59,693 bases of DNA from assembly GCA_041601615.1 (NCBI GenBank), contig JBFIHX010000015.1, positions 1 through 59,693 of the forward strand. Direction: 5' to 3'. Numbering within the stretch: the stretch's first letter is position 1; the number at the start of each line of letters is the position of its first letter. Shown here one piece after another: positions 17,350-25,049 of this stretch. The stretch comes from Thermoplasmatota archaeon (lineage in GTDB: Archaea > Thermoplasmatota > E2 > JACPAO01 > JAHFTW01). The translations under genes were made by a program, and so were the position numbers. The notes under the pieces are model-generated. The model saw only the letters and a list, made by a program, of their open reading frames with translations, did no database searches and was not told the origin of the DNA.

Positions 17350-19437
17350 TTACAGTTGCACGAGCCGACCAGCTACGAACAATGCCTTCGAGGGCACACC
17401 CAGTTGATCAACGGCGAAGATCATGTAGATTCCAGGTGGCAGGGTGTTCTTGTCGTTGGGAATGGTGATGTCGACGGTTCCGTCGCCGTTGTCGATGAAG
17501 GGCAGAGTTACGTAGCGTTGGTCGTTGTTGTGGCTGTGCGTGACGGCGGGGGCGCTGATGATGCTCACCGTGGCCAGTTTCACGGTTCCCTGCAGCGTGA
17601 TGTTGGCACGGAACGTGCTTCCGTGGCGGATGGTGCCGGAAGCGTGTTGTAAGGTGGGTCGAGCGGCGAGTTGGGTCTTGGATTCGTAGAGATACGGGGG
17701 AGTGTAGATGCTCACGTCGCGGTAGGGCTTGTCGGCGCGGTCTTGGTCTCCGTCGGCGGCGTTGGGGTTCCAGCTTGCTGCGGGAGGTAGGCCGCCGCCT
17801 CCGATGAGGATGCGAGCATCGGGGAGCAGGAGGGCAGCGGAGTGATACAGGCGGGCCTTGTGGATGCTGCCGACGGTGCGCCAGGTTCCGCCGCCGGTAT
17901 TGTCGGCGGGTGGGCTCCAGATTTCAATGGGGGCGACCCATTCTGTGGGGGCATAGCTGTTCCATTTTCGCGTGCCGCCCAGCACTGCGACTTCTCCGGT
18001 TGGCAAGGCCACGGCAGTGGCCCAGTTGCGGGCATGCTGCATAGGTAGGCCGGTGCGTGCTGTGGGGGTACCGTTGTTGTAGTCTACGAGTGTCATCGCG
18101 TTTGTGGCACCAGTTGCCCCACCGCCGTCCGTGGGGACTTGGATGTCTTCGTTGCCGCGCTGTCCACCGCCGATGATTGCGAGTTTTCCAGGCGCGTACA
18201 AGACAGAGGTGCATGAAGCGCCTGCGAAGTGATTAGGGAGTTCGCCGTGCATCGTGGTTTGGCCTCGTCCTGAGGCGGTTTGCAGGGTATTGTTATCCTG
18301 CATTTTCTGGACGGTGTTGGAGAGGACTTTCGGGTCGGTAATCCAAATCCTTCTCCCGGAAACTCCGAAGACTTTGCCATCGGGGGCAAGGTAGGCTCGT
18401 GGGTACCACCATTCGTTGTCGGTTCTGCCAAAGGCTTCCCAGCTGTAAGCGCCGTCGAGGGTTTTCCATTGGTCGTCCTCGAACACTTCGGGTGTTGCGG
18501 AAATTTGAGAGTTCTTCTTGGCAACATCCTTGTAGGCGTTGTGGCAGTAGGCGTCGGCGCCCCCGAAGGTCATGAGTCGTCCGTCGCCGAGCACTACGAG
18601 ACTGGAGTACCAACGAGGGTAGTTGAGGTCCCGCGTTTCTGTTGCGGCGGAGCGGTTGGTGGTTTCGTTGAAGGTGATGGTGGAACGGACGCCATGCGTG
18701 GCTTGCATTTCTGGATGGGCGTTGCCGCCGACAATCCAAAGCCGGTCGCCTACGTACTTGGTGCTGCTGCAGAAAGAGTCCGTCGCAAACACATCTTGAA
18801 TGGGTGTGGTTTGGGCAAGTGGATTGTTGGGGTCCCAAAGCACGACGTCACCGCCCATTTGCATATCGGAGTTGTATCGAGGGGAGCTTTCAAGGGGGCT
18901 GCCAAAGGCGAGGACGCGCCCATCAGACAGCACGGACATGTGGATGGGTACGAGCCCCCAGTTTTGCAGCGGCGTTTGAGCACCCGGGGGGCGATCCGCT
19001 TGCAAGAGCCACGTGGAGTCTTGGTTGAATAGGTCGCCGGAGCCGGCTTCGATGTAGAGTCGGAAGCCTCTGTGGCGAAGGAACCGTTCGGGGTAGTTGA
19101 CCGACTGGAATGAGAACTGATCGTCGGCGGCGTGACCCGGAACGGGGATGAAGCTGGCGTCTTCGTGATACAGTGCGGTGGATTCACGAGGGTGGAGGAA
19201 GATGGCAAATCCAGAATGACGCAAGTAGTGGCCTGGATAATTGATGGATTGGAAGCTGACGCCTTGTCCACTGAGACCGGGGACTACGCGAAAGTTGCTG
19301 TCCAAGGTGAACAACTCAGAGGGGTCGGGAGCATCGAGCCAAGCGGCGAATCCACGGTGTCGCATGTAACGATCCGGGTAATTGTATGATTGGAAACGGA
19401 TTCGAGCTCCAATTATCTTGCTAATTTTGGCTTGCAC
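17350..19437 (-). CDS. copper radical oxidase (galactose/glyoxal oxidase, AA5-like) with N-terminal AbfB/CBM42 beta-trefoil
   Basis: Three FQSxNYPxxYLRH repeats; FCS, RWY, RLYHSAALLLPDAR, THS ligand motifs; C-terminal PPGIYMIF early-set domain. Confidence 0.88.
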   Translation of the reverse strand: MQAKISKIIGARIRFQSYNYPDRYMRHRGFAAWLDAPDPSELFTLDSNFRVVPGLSGQGVSFQSINYPGHYLRHSGFAIFLHPRESTALYHEDASFIPVPGHAADDQFSFQSVNYPERFLRHRGFRLYIEAGSGDLFNQDSTWLLQADRPPGAQTPLQNWGLVPIHMSVLSDGRVLAFGSPLESSPRYNSDMQMGGDVVLWDPNNPLAQTTPIQDVFATDSFCSSTKYVGDRLWIVGGNAHPEMQATHGVRSTITFNETTNRSAATETRDLNYPRWYSSLVVLGDGRLMTFGGADAYCHNAYKDVAKKNSQISATPEVFEDDQWKTLDGAYSWEAFGRTDNEWWYPRAYLAPDGKVFGVSGRRIWITDPKVLSNTVQKMQDNNTLQTASGRGQTTMHGELPNHFAGASCTSVLYAPGKLAIIGGGQRGNEDIQVPTDGGGATGATNAMTLVDYNNGTPTARTGLPMQHARNWATAVALPTGEVAVLGGTRKWNSYAPTEWVAPIEIWSPPADNTGGGTWRTVGSIHKARLYHSAALLLPDARILIGGGGLPPAASWNPNAADGDQDRADKPYRDVSIYTPPYLYESKTQLAARPTLQHASGTIRHGSTFRANITLQGTVKLATVSIISAPAVTHSHNNDQRYVTLPFIDNGDGTVDITIPNDKNTLPPGIYMIFAVDQLGVPSKALFVAGRLVQL

Positions 19438-19459
19438 GCCCTAGTAGGTGACCTTCCAC

Positions 19460-19466
19460 TATATTA
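19460..19466 (-). promoter_or_regulatory. TATA box of the oxidase gene
   Basis: TAATATA preceded by A-rich BRE-like AAAAG, about 23 nt upstream of GTG 19437. Confidence 0.5.
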
Positions 19467-19611
19467 CGGCTTTTAAAATTCATACCCTTGCGATGGTTGT
19501 CCTTCTCGAAGGTCAGAGGCAGTAGCAGGGAATTCTCACCTCATCAAGGCTTGGCAGCGGCAAGGGGCGCGTGGCCGCAAGATCCAGCAGCCGCGGGGAA
19601 AATATTGGGCT

Positions 19612-19968
19612 TCAATCGCCAAGAAATGCTTCCAAATTCGTTTCCCCAAAGTCCGCCCCGTCGAAGGAGCCCTTGATCTGCCGGCCGACCAAGGCAAGGA
19701 TTCGCTTCACGCCGTTTGTCTTCTCCGGGTCCACGATGGGATGCAAGCGGACGACCACGCCATCGGGACGGGCCTGGATGAGAATCAGGAACGATTGTCG
19801 GTTGCCGCCCTCAATCGCCAAGGCTTCGATGAGGAGCGCTTGTTTGTCAACGGCAAGATAGGCTTTCTCGGCCTTCAAGACACCACCCTCGGAGCGTTCC
19901 ATGATGGGTTCCAAAGAGCCTGCGATGGCTTCGGGCGTGAGGGCGCCGGTGACGACGACGTGGGGCAT
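19612..19968 (-). CDS. conserved-looking hypothetical protein (118 aa)
   Basis: MPHVVVTG...VRLHP...EKTNGVKRILA...TNL; globular composition. Confidence 0.7.
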   Translation of the reverse strand: MPHVVVTGALTPEAIAGSLEPIMERSEGGVLKAEKAYLAVDKQALLIEALAIEGGNRQSFLILIQARPDGVVVRLHPIVDPEKTNGVKRILALVGRQIKGSFDGADFGETNLEAFLGD

Positions 19969-20144
19969 GGACGGGGTTTGGCGCGGGTTCCGTATGTTCC
20001 TTGTGCGACGAGGAAGTGGCTCAGGGGGCGATTCCAAATGGATATGGCTGACGGAGCGCAATGCTTGTCGGGCGGAGTGGAACCTCTATGCGATTGGCCG
20101 TGCTCGCGCCCATTCGCTGGGGGAAATTTGGCGCGGCTTCCGGG

Positions 20145-20753
20145 TCAAAGGGCAAAGTATCCGCGAAAGCCCGTCAGTATGTTGGTGGTTGCAACGGCCG
20201 CCAAGATCAATCCCATGACTCGGCTGACTACACTTGCTCCAGAATTGCCGATGAGTCGGTGGATGCTCGTCGCTGCCAGCATGAGCAGAAGTACGACGCC
20301 GAGCACGGACATCATGACAAAGGCGGTCTGGAATTGCTGCCACAGGTCAAATTTGGCGTTCTCTGTCATGAGAACGGCGGCCAGCATGGCCCCAGGGCCC
20401 GCGATGGAAGGTACGGCCAGTGGAAATATCGCGGTCTCGCTGCGATCTTCGGCAAGGCGCGTCTCCTCTTCCGGCTTGCTTTCTCCAAAGATCATGGAGA
20501 GCGCAAACAGGAACAGAATGATTCCACCGGAAATTTGGAATGCAGACAAGGGGATTTCCATGGCGTTCAGAATCAACTCGCCTGCCACCATGAAAAAGAG
20601 GAGGATTGCTGCCGAAACAAGTGTTGCCAACAATGCGATACGCTGTTTGGTTCTCGTTTCCAGTCCTTGCGTGACGGCAATAAAGACGGGCACCGTCCCT
20701 ATGGGATCAATGACGGCAAAAAATACAATGAATGTGGAGATGATGTCGATCAT
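20145..20753 (-). CDS. marC: MarC family membrane protein
   Basis: DPIGTVPVF, FQISGGIILF, IFPLAVPSIAGPG, SRVMGLILAA. Confidence 0.93.
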   Translation of the reverse strand: MIDIISTFIVFFAVIDPIGTVPVFIAVTQGLETRTKQRIALLATLVSAAILLFFMVAGELILNAMEIPLSAFQISGGIILFLFALSMIFGESKPEEETRLAEDRSETAIFPLAVPSIAGPGAMLAAVLMTENAKFDLWQQFQTAFVMMSVLGVVLLLMLAATSIHRLIGNSGASVVSRVMGLILAAVATTNILTGFRGYFAL

Positions 20754-21129
20754 GGTGAACGGGTCTGTGGATTTTCACGAGTGGGCAGGTACGCAGCAAT
20801 CGACTTGCCAACTTGAAGCCGCTTGGTTTGGCTGACAAGGTCTGATTGCTGCACGCCATTTGCCTGAGATGGTGTCGAGGCCCAGGCGACATTCAACAGA
20901 TGGGCGCGCGGGTTTTGAACGTACCCCGTGCTGTTGCTTCTGAACGCGTGGCAAGCGGGCGTTCTGAGTGGGATGTGCTCTTTTTTGACCGCTTCATCAG
21001 GCTCGTCGGGATTTCTGCTTCTCCCCGGTTGGACGCCCGAAGCCGCGTTCCTTCGACCACCGCCATCACCCCTATAGTATGCAACCAATTGGCCTGGGTT
21101 TGGTTGCATTCATGCGCGCCCCGTCCTGA

Positions 21130-21726
21130 TTGCCCCATGTGCTTGCCCTGCTACTCATTTCCCTGGTATCTTCCTCCGGGTGCATCGATTTGGGCATCTT
21201 GCAGGGGGATGATTCTTCATCCAATGATCCGGGCGATTCGTTTGATGAGAGCGAGGAGGGGCACTTGCCCTCGGATTCGCCTGGCAGCAGCAACCCAACG
21301 GCGCCTACATCGCCTCCCCCCGCCATCAACACCGTCAGACCCGCATCCCCAGTTTCCTTTTTCCAAGCCCTAGTGGCCAACCTGCCCTTTCGGCCTGCGC
21401 ACCCCTCCCTACATTCATGTGCTCCTGCACCCACATCTGTGAACATGGCCGAAATTCTAGCGGCCGATGTCCTCTGCTCCAGGTGCGACACGGCATGGGA
21501 AGTGCATTACTCGTATGACGCGGCGGAGCCGTCGAGTCAAAATCTGCTTGGTTGCCCGGAGTGTCAATCCGTGGCGGATGTTCCGGCACTCATCAGGGAC
21601 CTTGAGGCGGAGGCAGGTTTGCGGTTCCTGAACATCACCGCATTGGTCAAGAAAACTGAGATTGGCGTGGGCGCCGCGAGGACCCCTGGAATCAATCCGA
21701 TGCACGAATCGGCGATTCACTCGTAG
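21130..21726 (+). CDS. hypothetical lipoprotein-like ORF with C-terminal zinc ribbon (possibly chimeric or remnant)
   Basis: Hydrophobic stretch plus SGC lipobox, D/S/P-rich linker, then CSRC...CPEC; start uncertain. Confidence 0.45.
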   Translation: MPHVLALLLISLVSSSGCIDLGILQGDDSSSNDPGDSFDESEEGHLPSDSPGSSNPTAPTSPPPAINTVRPASPVSFFQALVANLPFRPAHPSLHSCAPAPTSVNMAEILAADVLCSRCDTAWEVHYSYDAAEPSSQNLLGCPECQSVADVPALIRDLEAEAGLRFLNITALVKKTEIGVGAARTPGINPMHESAIHS

Positions 21727-21727
21727 A

Positions 21728-23380
21728 CTAGATTCGTTCCCGTCCCCGCGACGCCGGCATCGAACCTGGCCGCTCTTCCACTTCTCCCACCCGGTTGCCA
21801 AACGCCGCAAGTGCATCGCGGGTCGGACTGCCGTGGTCGCCGCCGATTGCCGTAACTCGGGTCCGAATGGCGGTGACGGCGGGGGTGGCGATGCCCATGC
21901 CGAACACCACGGCTTCGCCTCGTCCGAGGGCGGGAAGCAACTCCATGAGGTCGTTGGTGGCACTCTCGGCGGAGTTGCGGATGTTGGCTTGGTCGGAGGG
22001 GTTGGTGATGCGGCTGATGATTTGGGTGAGGCACTGGCTAAGGATGTTGGAGTCCACTTTGCCGGGGCGCTGGGTGACGATGATGGCGCCGACGCCAAAT
22101 TTGCGGCCTTCGCTGAGGATGGTGGCAAGGGTCTGGGTGCTGCGCTTTTCGTTGCCGGGGGGTGCGATGCGGTGGGCTTCTTCGACGACGAGCAGGACGG
22201 GGTAGGGCAGGTCAAACAGGTCGCGGCTGGTGCCTTCGAGGCGGCCGGTTTTGGTGAGTCGGCGCGCCTTGAGGACCATGTTCATTAGGACGTTGGCGAG
22301 GCCTTCTTGTTCGCGGTCGCCGAGGTCGCTGAGGTTGAGGACGGTCATGCAGCCGGGGCGCACGAGGCGGCGTAGTTCTTCGCCTTGGCCGTTTACGAGG
22401 TAGGATTTGTGCAGGACGTGGTTTTCGAAGCGCCTGTGGACGGCGGCGACGGTGCCTTCGTGGTGTTTGCTGTCGTCGCCGCCCAGCGCGTCGATGCAGT
22501 CGAGGAGGTTTTGCTTGGTGCGCACGCCGCTGGCTTGCCAGTCGCGGTACGCGGCGGCGACGACGCCGACCATGTTGTCGGTTAGGCCCGGCAGGAGGCT
22601 CATGACGTCGTCTAGTTCTAGTTCGGAGAAGGGAATCTTGATGGTGGCGGCGGTGCGCACGTCCACTTCGGGCCGGTAGTCGCCGTCGGCCAGAACGCTC
22701 GCGGCGTTTTGCATTGCTGGGTATTCGGCGTGGAAGTCGAACACCAGGATGGGGTGGCGTTGGTGGCTGGAAAGGAGTTCTTCTAGGACGACGCCGGTGG
22801 TGTAGGATTTGCCTTGGCCAGTGGCGGCGAGGATTGCCATGTGCGTGCTGAGGATGCTGTCGGCGTCGAGAAGGACCTTGACGCGGTCGCCTCGGTCGAG
22901 GACGTGGCCGATGTGCAGGCCGCCGGGGACGCGTGCGGTCGTTGCTGGTTCGCTGTGGGGCACTTTGTTGATGCAGGTTTCTAAGTAGGCGTCGTCGGCG
23001 ATGTGGACTTGGGCGCCGACGGGGGGCGGGTCGCGGGGGGCGCGGAAGGTGGGGCCTCGTTTGGTGCCGAGGATGGTGGCTTCGACCACGAAGTCGCCAA
23101 GAATTCCGGCTGGGGCTCCCGTGAAGGCGAGGATGTCTTCGGGATCTAGGTTGGGGTCGGAGAGGAAGGATGCTGGCGGGGCGTCGAGGTTGCGGCGGCC
23201 GGTGATGCGGCAGAGGATGCGGGCGGGATTTCCCTCCACGGTTGCTTCGTAGGTGACGAAGTTGCCGATGCGTAGGGCGTCGGGGTCGCGGCTGACGAAG
23301 CGCAGCGTGAGGGCGGTTTGGCCGTCCAGCGGCAGAATGCGACCGATGCTCGCGCCGCCACTGCTCCTGCCGTCGATCAT
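21728..23380 (-). CDS. herA: HerA helicase/translocase
   Basis: N-terminal HAS barrel, HMAILAATGQGKS, VFDFHAEY, VVEEAH, EGRKFG, TQRP; ATGA overlap. Confidence 0.92.
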   Translation of the reverse strand: MIDGRSSGGASIGRILPLDGQTALTLRFVSRDPDALRIGNFVTYEATVEGNPARILCRITGRRNLDAPPASFLSDPNLDPEDILAFTGAPAGILGDFVVEATILGTKRGPTFRAPRDPPPVGAQVHIADDAYLETCINKVPHSEPATTARVPGGLHIGHVLDRGDRVKVLLDADSILSTHMAILAATGQGKSYTTGVVLEELLSSHQRHPILVFDFHAEYPAMQNAASVLADGDYRPEVDVRTAATIKIPFSELELDDVMSLLPGLTDNMVGVVAAAYRDWQASGVRTKQNLLDCIDALGGDDSKHHEGTVAAVHRRFENHVLHKSYLVNGQGEELRRLVRPGCMTVLNLSDLGDREQEGLANVLMNMVLKARRLTKTGRLEGTSRDLFDLPYPVLLVVEEAHRIAPPGNEKRSTQTLATILSEGRKFGVGAIIVTQRPGKVDSNILSQCLTQIISRITNPSDQANIRNSAESATNDLMELLPALGRGEAVVFGMGIATPAVTAIRTRVTAIGGDHGSPTRDALAAFGNRVGEVEERPGSMPASRGRERI

Positions 23381-23901
23381 GCATCCCTCCAGGCGCGCAG
23401 GGCCGCCTCGCGTCGCAGCACGTCGATGAGGGCGGCGGCGCGGGGCACAGCGGCGCGCACCGTGGCAAGCACCGAGTCCAGCACGGCGGCGTCGGCGTCG
23501 GTGGCGGCAAGCAAGGGGTGGTATGCCATGCGTGGGCGTCCTGCGAGGGTGTGGAACGCTTCGATTTCGGCGGGCGTCATGCGGTGGGCGGTCGTGGCGA
23601 GAGCTGCGGCGACGGGTGGGCGGCCTTGTTCGTGTGGCTCGGTTCGGCCCACAGCGAGCACGTGTGCGAGGCGGACTTTTTCGCCCACTTCTAGGTCGAA
23701 GACACTGCGAAGTCCCGGGCTTTGCTCGAAGGCCGTGTCGTAGCGTCCGCCGAGTGTGTCGAGGGCGGTGGTGCCGATGACGATGGCGATTTGGCCGTCG
23801 GGGGTGTCCAGGCGTACGAAGTCTCCGTAGGCAGGCGTTGGGCCGGACAGGAGGATGTGGTGGCTGCCGGGTCCGTCTGTGCGCACGATCGTGCCGATCA
23901 C
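23377..23901 (-). CDS. stand-alone HAS-barrel-like protein of the nurA-herA operon
   Basis: IGTIVRT...PAYGDFVR beta-barrel-like N-terminus; GTG 23901 overlaps the nurA stop (ORF open to 23937). Confidence 0.7.
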   Translation of the reverse strand: MIGTIVRTDGPGSHHILLSGPTPAYGDFVRLDTPDGQIAIVIGTTALDTLGGRYDTAFEQSPGLRSVFDLEVGEKVRLAHVLAVGRTEPHEQGRPPVAAALATTAHRMTPAEIEAFHTLAGRPRMAYHPLLAATDADAAVLDSVLATVRAAVPRAAALIDVLRREAALRAWRDA

Positions 23902-25049
23902 AGGCGTGCCCCCCGTCGTTTGCTGCGTGCCTTCCACGAGGCCTGCACGGGGAGTCCGTGTTCTTCAGACAACCGAAGGAACGCCGCTTGCACGGCTGCC
24001 GCCTCGCCGGGGCCGATGCTGCATTGGATGTGGCATTCGTCGATGCTGCGTGGATAGCCGCCGTAGGCAAGGCATTGGGCAAGCAACTGGTCGTGGACGA
24101 GGGTGTGCTGGCCGGATTCGAGGACCCAGGCGGGGTATTCGATGCGGCAGGGGCCGCCGGGGCCCAGGAGCGCGTAGTGGAATGCGATGGGCGCGCTTTG
24201 GCCGTCGATGCTGCCGTCGTCGCGGTCAGTGATCCAGGCGCTTGTGCGGGCGCCGAGATCTGCGAGGTGCGGCGCGAGGAGTGCGCTGTCGGTTACGCCG
24301 TCCGTTGCGATGGCTCCTAGGGCTCCAACGAGTGCTACGAGGTCGCGGGCTCGACTGTTGTCAATGTATCCTACGAGGGGGCTCCGGGTGCGTTCGGATA
24401 CGGCGAGCGCCTCGTTGCGAAGTGCATCGTAGGCGGCGCGAAGGGCGGGCGGCAGGCCGGTCGTGAAGGAGTGGATGAGGCTGCCGTCGAACATGGCGAC
24501 GGTGCCGGGATGTCGCTCCATGCAGTCGATGAGGTATTGCAGTTCCATACTCCAGCGGCCGAAGTTGACCACTTGATCGGCGCTCCAGACGCCGTGGCCG
24601 CGCCAGGTTTCGATGTCGGCAGGCGAGAGGGCTGTCGCTGCGTCGTGTTTGGCAAGTGGCTGGCCGGGTCGTGCGTGGCTGCCGTGGATGAGTGCCATGC
24701 CGAAGGGGACGCTGAGGTCGTTGTCTACGGGAACTTGGCTGCCGTCTACGAATGCGGCGGGTGTGTTGTGCAGCACGCGTTCGGCAAACGCCACGGCTGC
24801 GTCTCGGTCGAGGGGGCAGTCGGGGTGCGCGATGGCGATGCGGCCGGCCTCGTGTTCGTGGGTGGGGCGGGCGCCGACCCGGGCTTTGCCAAGGTTGGTA
24901 ATCCTAGCTCGGATTCCGTCGTGTTCCAGGGCGAGCACTTGGGCAAGGGCGGCGCTCACGTCGTGCCGGCGATGATCGAGGGCGTCGAGGTAGGTGCGGA
25001 AGCCCGGCACGGCCTGTGCAAGCGAGTCGAGCAAGACCCGTTCACGCAT
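23898..25049 (-). CDS. nurA: NurA 5'-3' nuclease
   Basis: FVDGSQ, MFDGSLI, VGYID, RIEYP, GYPxxIxxxH motifs; operon context. Confidence 0.88.
   Translation of the reverse strand: MRERVLLDSLAQAVPGFRTYLDALDHRRHDVSAALAQVLALEHDGIRARITNLGKARVGARPTHEHEAGRIAIAHPDCPLDRDAAVAFAERVLHNTPAAFVDGSQVPVDNDLSVPFGMALIHGSHARPGQPLAKHDAATALSPADIETWRGHGVWSADQVVNFGRWSMELQYLIDCMERHPGTVAMFDGSLIHSFTTGLPPALRAAYDALRNEALAVSERTRSPLVGYIDNSRARDLVALVGALGAIATDGVTDSALLAPHLADLGARTSAWITDRDDGSIDGQSAPIAFHYALLGPGGPCRIEYPAWVLESGQHTLVHDQLLAQCLAYGGYPRSIDECHIQCSIGPGEAAAVQAAFLRLSEEHGLPVQASWKARSKRRGARL

Noticed and set aside
20899-20930. tRNA 3'-end-like string on the minus strand (GTTCAAAACCCGCGCGCCCA) as an att site or tRNA
   Set aside because: T-arm does not form properly, no matching 5' acceptor half, wrong orientation and poor identity to tRNA-Pro; no integrase in the window
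20960-21030. CTGATGA/GAAA as a hammerhead ribozyme core (also CTGACTGA...GAAA near 50250)
   Set aside because: Required stems II/III and the spacing cannot be formed
23381-24082. Long N-terminal extensions of herA (and of cphA', nurA, tgtA, psmB, trmJ, nadC) in the ORF track
   Set aside because: The extensions overlap neighbouring genes or promoters; downstream starts give stop/start coupling and family-typical N-termini
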